Source: Caedimonas varicaedens (GTDB taxonomy: Bacteria > Pseudomonadota > Alphaproteobacteria > Caedimonadales > Caedimonadaceae). From it: 20,484 nt of DNA. The stretch lies in NCBI GenBank assembly GCA_001192655.1, contig BBVC01000097.1, forward strand, positions 1 through 20,484. Direction: 5' to 3'. Numbering within the stretch: position 1 is the stretch's first letter; each line of letters starts with the position of its first letter. Under the pieces are notes generated by a model, which had not been told where the DNA came from, searched no databases, and saw only the letters and a program-made list of their open reading frames with translations. This document shows positions 9,045 to 17,492 of this stretch, piece after piece. Both the position numbers and the translations under genes were made by a program.

Positions 9045-10811
9045 TCAATTGTACAGAACTCGCCTCATCATCGCCTTAAGAAGGGGAGAAAGGTGGTGTT
9101 GAAAACGTTCATCCATATTTTTGGCGTGATCAGCCATTTTCTTTAAATTTTGCAAATGATCCCATACTTCAAGCCAGCCCTGACGTATGGATTCATTGTC
9201 TGTTTCAGGTCTTACAAACGAGGCATGTTTATAAACATCTTCATTGAGAATATCATCCAGAAGATCTGTAAACCCCTCGTTATGTAAATGGTGCTGTAAA
9301 AGACCAGAGTCAAGAGCTGGAGTTTCATTTATTTTTAAGATGATCTGATCTCGTAAACGTCGTAGTTTTTCTGAAGTTATGTCGAGGTCAAGAAAGGGTT
9401 CATAATATTCTTCAATAAGTTGAGGATGGTTTAAAAGCCCGGCAAACAGGATTTTTTGCTGAATATGAACGGGATCAAAATTGGGTTTTGCCTGAACAGG
9501 GAGAACAGGATTATTTGCACCTTTCTTTTCTCTTGCCGCATTCTTATAGAAACGAAAAGATTCAAAGAGCCGAGTCTTAAAGGTGTCCCGGTAATTGTTG
9601 CGAAGGATCGGGTCTTTAATTTCTTGAACCAGCTTCATAAGAGTTTTCTCAAATTTGGCTCGATCTTCAGGAGTTTTTAAAGAAGCTGCATTAAAAGTTT
9701 GATACCACAAAACGTCTGCCAAGGGTATCGAATTTTCAAAAGTATCTTCCAGCTTTTTAAGCCCCCCTCTTTGAATCAAGCTATCTGGATCTTCTCCTTC
9801 GGGCAAATGGGCATATCGCAGGGAATATCCTGACTTCAGAATGGGCAAAACACGCTCGGCTGTGCGCAAGGCTGCTTTTTTTCCAGGTGCATCACCGTCG
9901 AAACAAAGAATTGGAGAGGGCGTCAGATTCCAGAGAAGGGAAATTTGTTCCTCTGTTAACGCTGTTCCCAGAGGTGCTACGGAATATTTAATTCCTGCCT
10001 GGTGAAGAGCGATAACATCCATATACCCTTCACACACAATGAGGCGTTGAGCCTGTTGAGCAGGACGGCGCGCCAAATGATACGCATAAAGAAGTGACCC
10101 TTTATGGAAAACGTCTGTTTCCGGAGAGTTAAGGTATTTGGGTTCTCCTTTTTTGAGGATACGTCCTCCAAACGCGATAACTCGTCCCTGACGATCCCAG
10201 ATAGGAAACATCAAACGATGTCGAAAACGATCGTAAGTAACAGACTTTTCTTCATTTTGCGATAGAAGCCCTGCAGCTAGAAGCTGTTTTTCCGAATATC
10301 CTCGGCCTAAAAGGTATTTTTTAAGCCCATTTTCTTCAGGAGAAAACCCCAGTCGGAAACATTCACAAGTTTCTGATTGAATACCCCGTTGATCCAGATA
10401 TTTTTGCGCTTCCTGTCCCTGGTTGGATCTCAGGATAGACTGAAAAAAACTAGCTGTTTCTTCCAGAACTTCATAGATATCCAGGCTTTTTTGAAGACTT
10501 TCTTTTGATTCAGAAAAAGAGGGGGGGAGAGACATCCCTGCAAAAGCTGCAAGTTTTCCAACTGCCTCTATAAATGTCATATTTTCTGAAAGCTGTGTGA
10601 AGGCAATAACATCTCCATGACTTCCACAACCAAAACAATGATAGCTTCCCTGTGCATCATTAACCGTAAAAGAAGGTGTTTTTTCGTTGTGAAAAGGACA
10701 AAGCCCAGACATATAACGACCTTTGCGCTTCAATTTAATGCGTGCGCCAATCACAGTACTAAGCTGTATTCGGGCTTTTAGCTGATCTAAAAACTCAGAA
10801 GAAATTGCCAT
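9045..10811 (-). CDS. dnaG: DNA primase DnaG
   Basis: Zinc ribbon CPFHNEKTPSFTVNDAQGSYHCFGCGSHGD, TOPRIM motifs (CEGYMDV, FDGDAPG), and an N-terminus of MAISSEFLDQLKARI. AAGGA lies 9 nt upstream of the ATG, inside the end of the preceding gene. Confidence 0.95.
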   Translation of the reverse strand: MAISSEFLDQLKARIQLSTVIGARIKLKRKGRYMSGLCPFHNEKTPSFTVNDAQGSYHCFGCGSHGDVIAFTQLSENMTFIEAVGKLAAFAGMSLPPSFSESKESLQKSLDIYEVLEETASFFQSILRSNQGQEAQKYLDQRGIQSETCECFRLGFSPEENGLKKYLLGRGYSEKQLLAAGLLSQNEEKSVTYDRFRHRLMFPIWDRQGRVIAFGGRILKKGEPKYLNSPETDVFHKGSLLYAYHLARRPAQQAQRLIVCEGYMDVIALHQAGIKYSVAPLGTALTEEQISLLWNLTPSPILCFDGDAPGKKAALRTAERVLPILKSGYSLRYAHLPEGEDPDSLIQRGGLKKLEDTFENSIPLADVLWYQTFNAASLKTPEDRAKFEKTLMKLVQEIKDPILRNNYRDTFKTRLFESFRFYKNAAREKKGANNPVLPVQAKPNFDPVHIQQKILFAGLLNHPQLIEEYYEPFLDLDITSEKLRRLRDQIILKINETPALDSGLLQHHLHNEGFTDLLDDILNEDVYKHASFVRPETDNESIRQGWLEVWDHLQNLKKMADHAKNMDERFQHHLSPLLKAMMRRVLYN

Positions 10812-10817
10812 TCATGC

Positions 10818-11381
10818 CTATCCTTTAGATACGGGAGGCGCTTGTGTTTCATCAATATCCTGAAGAGTTTCGTTTTTTTCTGGTTGGCGTGATTCTTTTT
10901 CCTGAGGAAGGGTACGCTGGTACTCTTTATTATGAGTATGACGTACTTCTGCTTCAACGGTCATAGCTCCTGCTTTTTTGAAATTGAGGTGCAGAATAAC
11001 TTTTTCTCCAACTTTCAATGGATTCTTTAATTTCATAAGCATGAGGTGCATCCCTGCAGGTCTCAAAATAGTCACTGTTTCTGATGGAATATCAATGGAT
11101 TCCACAGGGCGCATACGAAAAATACTCCTGACTTTCTCGATGCGATGCAATTCAACCCATTCACAAGCATTTGTTTGGACGCTTATCAGCTGATCAAGAA
11201 CACTCCCTGTATTTTCAATGGTCATGTAAGCAGCGCTATTCTCGACCTGGCTAGGACGAACCCAGACATCTTTGACAATGATAGACGAATCTCCAATCTG
11301 AGCCATAACTCGGGTCGTGATAATAAAAAACAATGTAAAAGCAAAAAAAACGACCTGCTTTTTCAGGGGTAGAATTTTCAT
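10818..11381 (-). CDS. periplasmic copper chaperone PCu(A)C (DUF461) with charged C-terminal tail
   Basis: The N-terminal signal peptide is MKILPLKKQVVFFAFTLFFIITTRVMA. There is an exact match to the PCu(A)C copper motif H-X10-M-X21-H-X-M (ELH-RIEKVRSIFR-M-...21 aa...-H-L-M). The ~40-aa C-terminal extension is E/Q/P-rich. Confidence 0.88.
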   Translation of the reverse strand: MKILPLKKQVVFFAFTLFFIITTRVMAQIGDSSIIVKDVWVRPSQVENSAAYMTIENTGSVLDQLISVQTNACEWVELHRIEKVRSIFRMRPVESIDIPSETVTILRPAGMHLMLMKLKNPLKVGEKVILHLNFKKAGAMTVEAEVRHTHNKEYQRTLPQEKESRQPEKNETLQDIDETQAPPVSKG

Positions 11382-11632
11382 TGATTTAATCCTTTTTCGA
11401 GCATTTATTTTTTTAAAATGATTTCCCTTTATACATCATTTGTGCACAATAAGAAATCATCTGACGTGGAAGAAGAGTAATAAAAATTCGATTCTACATT
11501 TTATTGGTTTTTTTGCATTTATCAATTTAGACTATCTGAAGATTTATCCCCCTAAATAAATTAATGACTTGAGATTTTTTTGAGTTTCCTAAACTATGGG
11601 ATAAAAGATTATAATCATGGGGGGCAAACGTC

Positions 11633-12337
11633 GTGCAACAGGAAATCGTTCGGTTTGATAGGGTCAGCCTTAATTATACCGAGGGGAAAAATATTTTATC
11701 TGATATTTCCTTCAGTCTTTTGAAAGGTTCATTTCATTATTTGATGGGGGCAAGTGGCGCTGGCAAATCAAGCTTGATCAAACTTATTTATTTGGGATTC
11801 AGAGGGTATCGAGGCGCCATCCGCGTTTTTGGACGGGATTTGATTAATGTTCGTGGAGATGATATTGCGACTTATCGTCGACAGATAGGCGTTGTCTTCC
11901 AGGACTTTTGTTTATTGGAGCATCTCTCTGTGCTGGATAATATTGCTCTTCCCCTGAGATTAAAGGGAGAGAGCTGGAGTGAAGCGCGCGCTAAAGGTCT
12001 TGAACTTCTCAATTGGATTGGCCTTAAAGGATTGGGAGATGCTTCACCACAAAACCTTTCAGGGGGACAGAAACAAAGATTGGCAATCGGTCGTGCTGTC
12101 ATTAATCGTCCCTCTCTTGTGATTGCAGATGAGCCCACAGGAAATGTCGACGATGAAAATGCCGTTAAACTTCTTTACCTTTTTACAGAGCTGAACAAAA
12201 GAGGGACAACTGTCATTTTTGCGACACATAATCGGGATTTAGTTCTTGAATTTCCTTACCCCGCTCTTTATCTTGAACAAGGTCAGTTGCATATCATTTT
12301 CCCTTATAATGACAGGAAAACAGGAAGTAATGGCTAA
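11633..12337 (+). CDS. ftsE: cell-division ABC ATPase FtsE
   Basis: Walker A GASGAGKSS, ABC signature LSGGQKQR and Walker B LVIADEPTGNVD. GTG start with a G-rich SD 8 nt upstream. It is followed by an overlapping ftsX. Confidence 0.9.
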   Translation: MQQEIVRFDRVSLNYTEGKNILSDISFSLLKGSFHYLMGASGAGKSSLIKLIYLGFRGYRGAIRVFGRDLINVRGDDIATYRRQIGVVFQDFCLLEHLSVLDNIALPLRLKGESWSEARAKGLELLNWIGLKGLGDASPQNLSGGQKQRLAIGRAVINRPSLVIADEPTGNVDDENAVKLLYLFTELNKRGTTVIFATHNRDLVLEFPYPALYLEQGQLHIIFPYNDRKTGSNG

Positions 12338-13211
12338 ATTTTCTCGAACGGAAATTCCTCTGGGGCAAGGAAAATCACATTGTTTAATCCCCTGGATTAT
12401 TGCATTGATGGTGTATCTTGGGACGATGGCTTTAACAGGCGCTGTTCTGTTGCATCGTATGATAGAAAGCTGGCAAAAGGATTTTAAAAGCGGTTTTACA
12501 GTTGAACTTCAGATGACAAGCGATCATCCTGGACAATCCTCTCTGGAAGGACGGCAAAAACAGGATAAGCTTTTGGCTATATTGCGCGCTCTTCCTGGCG
12601 TTCTAAAAGCAGAAGCTCTTCCTTCCAACAAGCCCTCAGCTACTCTAGATCCTTTTGGAAATGACATCAAAAACCATCGCATTCTCATCGATGTTGCACT
12701 TTCCCAAGACGCAAAGATAGATATATCAACGCTGGAAGTTGATCTGCGTTCTCTTTTTTCAGATATTTCTATTAAAAATCATCAGGTATGGCGAGAGACT
12801 ATTTTGAATATAGGTCATTCTCTTGTGGGGATAAGCCTTATTATTGCCGGTTCAATCGGATTCGTTTCTGTAATTACGATTGCGTTTATTACACATTCTG
12901 GACTCATTATTCATGAAAAAGTTATTGAAATTTTGCGTCTTATTGGCGCAGAAGATCGTTTTATTGCAAAACAATTTCAAACATATTCCCTGAAAATGGC
13001 GATGAAGGGGGGAATAATAGGGGCTTTTTTATCTATAGTAACCTACCTTACGATGAAATATAAATTACAGACGCTTATTTTAGACTTTTTTCATCCGCAC
13101 CAATATGAAACAGAATTGTGGTTCGTTATTTTATTTACTCCTCTTTTTATGATGGCTATTGTGATGCTCTCAGCTCGAATGACGGTGATTTTTTCAATGC
13201 GGGAGGAATGA
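12330..13211 (+). CDS. ftsX: cell-division permease-like protein FtsX
   Basis: Topology fits FtsX: an N-terminal TM, a periplasmic domain, then three C-terminal TMs. The FtsX signature region is ILRLIGAEDRFIAKQFQTYSLKMAMKGGIIGAFLS. I prefer the ATG at 12330, which overlaps the ftsE stop in ATGGCTAA. ATG at 12309 or TTG at 12246 are alternatives. Confidence 0.85.
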   Translation: MAKFSRTEIPLGQGKSHCLIPWIIALMVYLGTMALTGAVLLHRMIESWQKDFKSGFTVELQMTSDHPGQSSLEGRQKQDKLLAILRALPGVLKAEALPSNKPSATLDPFGNDIKNHRILIDVALSQDAKIDISTLEVDLRSLFSDISIKNHQVWRETILNIGHSLVGISLIIAGSIGFVSVITIAFITHSGLIIHEKVIEILRLIGAEDRFIAKQFQTYSLKMAMKGGIIGAFLSIVTYLTMKYKLQTLILDFFHPHQYETELWFVILFTPLFMMAIVMLSARMTVIFSMREE

Positions 13212-13214
13212 ATT

Positions 13215-13808
13215 TTGGACCTTGTTATGTTGGATCGTGATGGAGTCATTAATCGTGACCGCCCTCAATCGGTTCGATCTGTTGCAGAGTTTGAACTTCT
13301 TCCAGGTGTGGCGCAGGCTATTTCTCTTTTGAATAAAGCACATATTCCTATTGCTGTGATTACGAATCAGGCCGTTGTGGGGCGCGGGGATATCTCTCTT
13401 GAAGAATTAGATCGCATCCATCAGAAAATGCAATTTCTGCTTGCTGAACAGCAAGCCCATATTGACGAAATCTATTTTTGTACAGATGTTGCGGTAGAGC
13501 CCAATTTTCGACGAAAGCCAGCGCCAGGGATGTTAAAAGAAGCTCTAAAGAAATTTCGAGCTCGCGCAAAATACTCTCCTTTTATTGGAGATGCCCTAAG
13601 AGATCTGCAGGCTGCTGTGGATGCAGATTGTCCAAGAATTCTGGTGCGAACCGGTAAGGGTTTGCAAACAGAACAGCAAGAGTGGCCTTCTCGCTTAAAT
13701 CCAGTTCACATTTTTCCTGATCTTTTGAGTGCTGTTCAGGCGTTAACAGAAACTCTGGACACTTTACAGGAACCCTTTTATACTCTTGACCAACCCTTTG
13801 TAAGATAA
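13215..13808 (+). CDS. HAD-IIIA family phosphatase (GmhB / histidinol-phosphatase-like)
   Basis: HAD motif I LDRDGVIN, motif II VITNQ, motif III RKPAPGM and motif IV IGDALRD. The start is TTG at 13215 or ATG at 13227. Substrate cannot be inferred from sequence alone. Confidence 0.75.
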   Translation: MDLVMLDRDGVINRDRPQSVRSVAEFELLPGVAQAISLLNKAHIPIAVITNQAVVGRGDISLEELDRIHQKMQFLLAEQQAHIDEIYFCTDVAVEPNFRRKPAPGMLKEALKKFRARAKYSPFIGDALRDLQAAVDADCPRILVRTGKGLQTEQQEWPSRLNPVHIFPDLLSAVQALTETLDTLQEPFYTLDQPFVR

Positions 13809-13824
13809 CCCTGAATCAAATATA

Positions 13825-14433
13825 ATGAACCGATTTATCATTTATTTTATAGCGGCTATTTTTTTCCTGTGGGGAGGTGGATTGGCATGGTTTGTTCTAA
13901 CGATTCCTGTGCATGTGGATAATCCTTCTCAAAAGACAGACGCGATTGTTGTGTTAACAGGGGGGGCAGAACGTATTGAAACAGCCTTAAAATTGATAGA
14001 TTCTCAACTCGCCAAAAAATTATTGATATCAGGAGTCAACCCGCAAACGACCTTAAAAGACATTTTGAGGACAGCTTCTGTTTCTTGTAAAAATTTGGAT
14101 CCTTCTCTCATTGATCTTGATTATCGGTCAGACAGTACGTACGAAAATGCGGAACAAACAGCAAAATGGGTCTGTAATCACAACTTCACATCCGTTCGTC
14201 TGGTAACAGCCCATTACCATATTCACCGATCTCTCCTTGAATTCTGTCAAAGACTTTCTAACGTTCAGATCATCGTTCATCCTATTGTTCCCCGAATTTT
14301 CCAAAAAGAGGATTGGTTCTGGAATCCAGATGCGTGGACTATTTTAGGGAGAGAGTATCATAAATACCTGGGGGCTTTACTTCGCTATAGTTTGCATTCA
14401 ATATTTCCTTCTTTTCAACAAGGTATAGCATGA
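13825..14433 (+). CDS. DUF218 (YdcF/SanA/ElyC-like) envelope protein
   Basis: An N-terminal TM, then DAIVVLTGGAERIETALKLI...LLISGVNP...STYENAEQTAKWV...VRLVTAHYHIHRS, the usual DUF218 pattern. Confidence 0.8.
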   Translation: MNRFIIYFIAAIFFLWGGGLAWFVLTIPVHVDNPSQKTDAIVVLTGGAERIETALKLIDSQLAKKLLISGVNPQTTLKDILRTASVSCKNLDPSLIDLDYRSDSTYENAEQTAKWVCNHNFTSVRLVTAHYHIHRSLLEFCQRLSNVQIIVHPIVPRIFQKEDWFWNPDAWTILGREYHKYLGALLRYSLHSIFPSFQQGIA

Positions 14434-15182
14434 TAAAATTATTTTTCAGATCACTGGCCTTCAATGTTTTATTCTTTTTATGGACAACAATTGTTGTTAT
14501 TATAGGGCTTCCGGCTTTGTTCGGAGATCGCCGTTATGTCCATAACGCAGCACGAAGGTGGGGAAAAGGCACCAATTTTCTGCTCGAGCATGTTGTGGGA
14601 ATCACTGTTGAATTCAGGGGACGAGACTATTTAAGGGGGGGGCCGCATCTTATTGCGTGCAAGCATCAATCTCTCTGGGAAACAGCAATGATTGAAACTC
14701 TGGTTCCTGATTGTACAATTATTTTGAAGAGAGAATTAATGTGGATTCCTCTTTTTGGACAACTATTGCTGTTTTCTGACATGATTGGTATTAATCGTAA
14801 AAGCGGCAAGAAAGTTTTCACTCAAATTGTTGAAGGCGCCCGTGACCGTCTTGGAAAAGGTCGATCAGTTTGGATTTTCCCTGAAGGAACACGACGCAAC
14901 CCTGGTGATCCTCCTCAATATAAATACGGAGTTTATGCTCTTTATCATGCTCTGAACAGGCCCATCATTCCTGTTGCTTTGAATTCAGGTTATTTTTGGG
15001 GACGTCGTTCTTTTATTAAAAAACCCGGAAAAATTATTCTTGAAGTTTTGCCGCCAATTCTTCCTGGTCTGGATGCGCGGAGTTTTTTAAACACATTGGA
15101 GCAAGCTATTGAAACTGCTTCAAAGCGGCTGACGCCTCACTCTGACATCAAAAGTGATTGTAAAGAAGGATCAAAAAATTGA
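14430..15182 (+). CDS. plsC: lysophospholipid (1-acyl-sn-glycerol-3-phosphate) acyltransferase family protein
   Basis: An N-terminal TM. Acyltransferase block I is KHQSLWE (the HX4D position carries E), and block III is IFPEGTRR. The ATGA start overlaps the upstream stop. Confidence 0.75.
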   Translation: MIKLFFRSLAFNVLFFLWTTIVVIIGLPALFGDRRYVHNAARRWGKGTNFLLEHVVGITVEFRGRDYLRGGPHLIACKHQSLWETAMIETLVPDCTIILKRELMWIPLFGQLLLFSDMIGINRKSGKKVFTQIVEGARDRLGKGRSVWIFPEGTRRNPGDPPQYKYGVYALYHALNRPIIPVALNSGYFWGRRSFIKKPGKIILEVLPPILPGLDARSFLNTLEQAIETASKRLTPHSDIKSDCKEGSKN

Positions 15183-16210
15183 AAAAATCGATAAAAGTTG
15201 TTTTAAGTATCTGTATAATTTATTCTGCGGTTTGGTGGGTAACATCTGTTGTCGTTAAAGACAATTTAAATTTCCAGATAGATAAACTAAAGAACAAAGG
15301 ATATAAGATTTCTTATGAAGAATTTGATGTATCTGGTTTTCCATTCAATTTTGAAATAACACTCAAAAACCCCTATGTTTCTCGTCAAGTCCCAGAGTAT
15401 TTTTTATTTAAAACAGAAGGAGAACTGTGTGCCAGCCTTTCCTGGTGGTCTTATTTAACCACAGATGGAGCGTTAAGCTTGTCAAGCAAAGGGAAAGCTT
15501 ATCTTGAATACACTTCCAAACCCTATGGAATGGTTAAATTAAGCACAGAAAATTTATCGATAAAAGCTGGACTTGAGGGAGAAAAACTAAATCGTTACCT
15601 GTGGCTTAGCCTTCAGGATGTTGGTTTTCACTCGACCTTTGTTCATGCTTATGCCGAAAAAATCATTTTTCAGAATTTTAGAGTTTCTGACAGGGATGCG
15701 CCGACACGGTTAAAAGTCACTTTTGAAGCTCATCAAGTTGACTCTGGCTTGAAGCTTTCTGCTCCCCTTGACCAAAAAATCAAATTTATTCATTTGGCCG
15801 GTCGTTTGAATTTGGATCAAACGCTTCCGAGAGGTATTCCTGCTCTTTTAAACGCTCTTTCTCGTGAAGGAGGGGTTGTGGAAGTTGAAAAAGCAGATAT
15901 TGACTGGGGAGAACTCGCTCTAAATGCCAACGGGACACTGACTCTAGATGAATTAAAGCAACCGGTTGCTTCATTTTCTGCAACAATTAGGGGACTTGAC
16001 AAAATACTGGATGAATTGGCGGAACAAAAGGTGATTAAGAGAGGCGTAGCACAAATTGCTAAAGGCATCTTGTCAGCCTTAAAAGAGTCACCTGTATCGA
16101 CAACAGAGCTTCCATCTCATAGAATTCCCCTGAGCCTTCAAAACGGAGAGGTTTCTGTCGCAACAATTCCTCTCTTTCGCGTTTCTCCTATCCGATGGCC
16201 AGAAAAGTGA
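15179..16210 (+). CDS. DUF2125-like membrane-anchored protein
   Basis: An N-terminal TM, followed by KGYKISYEEFDVSGFPFNFEITLKNP, which resembles the GFP-x-x-F segment that I recall in alphaproteobacterial DUF2125 proteins. The TTG start overlaps the plsC stop (TTGA). Confidence 0.5.
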   Translation: MKKSIKVVLSICIIYSAVWWVTSVVVKDNLNFQIDKLKNKGYKISYEEFDVSGFPFNFEITLKNPYVSRQVPEYFLFKTEGELCASLSWWSYLTTDGALSLSSKGKAYLEYTSKPYGMVKLSTENLSIKAGLEGEKLNRYLWLSLQDVGFHSTFVHAYAEKIIFQNFRVSDRDAPTRLKVTFEAHQVDSGLKLSAPLDQKIKFIHLAGRLNLDQTLPRGIPALLNALSREGGVVEVEKADIDWGELALNANGTLTLDELKQPVASFSATIRGLDKILDELAEQKVIKRGVAQIAKGILSALKESPVSTTELPSHRIPLSLQNGEVSVATIPLFRVSPIRWPEK

Positions 16211-16251
16211 ATACAGCAACTTTTACGAGAGATGTATTTTTATCTATAAAC

Positions 16252-16280
16252 TTGACTATTTGACATATGCTTCTTATATA
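16252..16280 (+). promoter_or_regulatory. near-consensus sigma70 promoter (TTGACT-17 nt-TATATA) for the 16312 gene
   Basis: TTGACT at 16252-16257, a 17-nt spacer, and TATATA at 16275-16280. SD AAGGA at 16303-16307 precedes the ATG at 16312. Confidence 0.5.
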
Positions 16281-16311
16281 TCTTTAAAATAAGATTGTAA
16301 GTAAGGATACT

Positions 16312-17373
16312 ATGAACAGAATTTTTTGCAGGGTTTTAAATTATTTTCTTCTAATTTTTTTTGTTTTTTCAGGACAAATCTGGGGATCACATCGAGAAGA
16401 TTTTGTAGACAGCGTTTTTTTCCGTCATCACAAGTGCTCGCATTTTAAGGGGAATAAAATTCCTTTGACCAGAGAAGAGAGATTCGCTTTTTATGATGTT
16501 GGAGTAGATTTTGTAAAAGCTTTTAATTCTTATATACAAGTTGAAAGAGGTGAAAAAAATAATCATCAGTATCTCGATGATTTAAATATGAGAAAAAATT
16601 TACCAACACTTCTTGCACTTGATAAAAAATACAAGATTACATCACCTAAATCGGGTCTTAATTATATTGCAGAAATTAAAAAACAGAGAGTTTATAGAGA
16701 GCTTGAACAATCTAAAAAGCGTTTACTGGAAGAAAATCTGACCCAGCTTTACACTTATATATCTCAAAATCCTATAGAAGCTCTGAAATCAGGCGCAAAT
16801 ATTTCAGAGCTTCTCTCTCGCGTTTGGGACTTAACTTTTAAAGGGCCAGATAATGACGAGACTCGCACAGCTCAACGTATTATTGCAGAAAAAATCTCTC
16901 GTATAAAAACACAAGGAATTAATAGAGGCACTTATGCAGATTACGCTGCACAGCTATTCGAGGTTTATTATCAAAGCCTAAGGCACAAATTTGCGACATC
17001 AAATCATCATGGTCACCATCAGTCTCACCGCTACCACCATCGTCATCACATAAAGCATAAAGGTTTGAGAAGATCTCATTTTTCGGTAAATAGACGTGTT
17101 CTCTGTAAAACTCCTAGACAAATAATGGCATATCAAAAGCGAGAGCTTATAGACCGTCAAAAGCAATCTCGGTTGGTCATCGCGCAGAAGAAAAAAGTAG
17201 AGGCAGCACGCCAGAGACAAGCTCAACTAGTCGCAGCACAGAAGAAAAAAGCAGAGGCAGCACGCCAGAGACAAGCTCAACTAGTCGCAGCACAGAAGAA
17301 AAAAGTAGAGGTAGCACGCCAGAGGCAACAGGCTCGATTAGCGGCGGCACAGAAGAAGAAAGTAAAAAAATAG
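16312..17373 (+). CDS. secreted hypothetical protein with His-rich tract and C-terminal K/Q/A-rich tandem repeats
   Basis: The signal-peptide-like N-terminus is MNRIFCRVLNYFLLIFFVFSGQIWG. The His-rich tract HHGHHQSHRYHHRHHIKHK (17005-17061) has 10 His in 19 residues. The C-terminus carries 18-aa repeats AQKKK[VA]E[AV]ARQRQAQLVA. No family is recognised for the ~230-aa N-terminal domain. Confidence 0.6.
   Translation: MNRIFCRVLNYFLLIFFVFSGQIWGSHREDFVDSVFFRHHKCSHFKGNKIPLTREERFAFYDVGVDFVKAFNSYIQVERGEKNNHQYLDDLNMRKNLPTLLALDKKYKITSPKSGLNYIAEIKKQRVYRELEQSKKRLLEENLTQLYTYISQNPIEALKSGANISELLSRVWDLTFKGPDNDETRTAQRIIAEKISRIKTQGINRGTYADYAAQLFEVYYQSLRHKFATSNHHGHHQSHRYHHRHHIKHKGLRRSHFSVNRRVLCKTPRQIMAYQKRELIDRQKQSRLVIAQKKKVEAARQRQAQLVAAQKKKAEAARQRQAQLVAAQKKKVEVARQRQQARLAAAQKKKVKK
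17182..17370 (+). repeat. 54-bp in-frame tandem repeat array (3 full copies plus a partial copy)
   Basis: Copy 1 (17182-17235) and copy 2 (17236-17289) differ at 2 of 54 positions. Copy 3 (17290-17346) is 57 bp and more diverged. A partial copy spans 17347-17370. A degenerate upstream copy (YQKRELIDRQKQSRLVI) lies at about 17131-17181. Confidence 0.9.
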
Positions 17374-17492
17374 CAGTCAATAGAAGGTTTTAAACATCCG
17401 TTTCTGACATCTGTGTGGAGGGTAGGCATGAAAGAGAATTTTCATGATTCAGTTGCAAGAAATATTTCTCTGTTAGAGTTGTTATCAAATAA

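Noticed and set aside
7151-9102. Short ORFs overlapping rpoD or the dnaG end: 7151-7333, 7243-7491, 7805-8005, 8246-8482, 8527-8871 and 8899-9102.
   Set aside because: They are alternative-frame or antisense shadows of a confidently identified sigma70 gene. The K-rich 8246-8482 ORF is just the out-of-frame reading of the acidic insert.
11382-11632. Perfect TATAAT at 11610-11615 as the ftsE promoter -10 element.
   Set aside because: There is no acceptable -35 at 16-18 nt. The implied transcription start would fall within or after the G-rich Shine-Dalgarno of ftsE, so the hexamer alone is not convincing.
9456-12138. ORFs at 9456-9680, 9977-10171, 10978-11193, 11145-11372 and 11872-12138.
   Set aside because: They are antisense or alternative-frame shadows of dnaG, the PCu(A)C gene and ftsE.
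17182-17370. Possibility that the tandem repeat is a CRISPR array.
   Set aside because: The repeats are directly adjacent with no spacers. They are in frame within a long ORF and there are no cas genes.
17177-17380. 67-aa minus-strand ORF with its own repeats (VSGVLPLLFSSVLRLVEL).
   Set aside because: It is the reverse-complement reading of the 54-bp tandem repeat. The plus strand has the promoter, SD, signal peptide and a continuous 353-codon frame.
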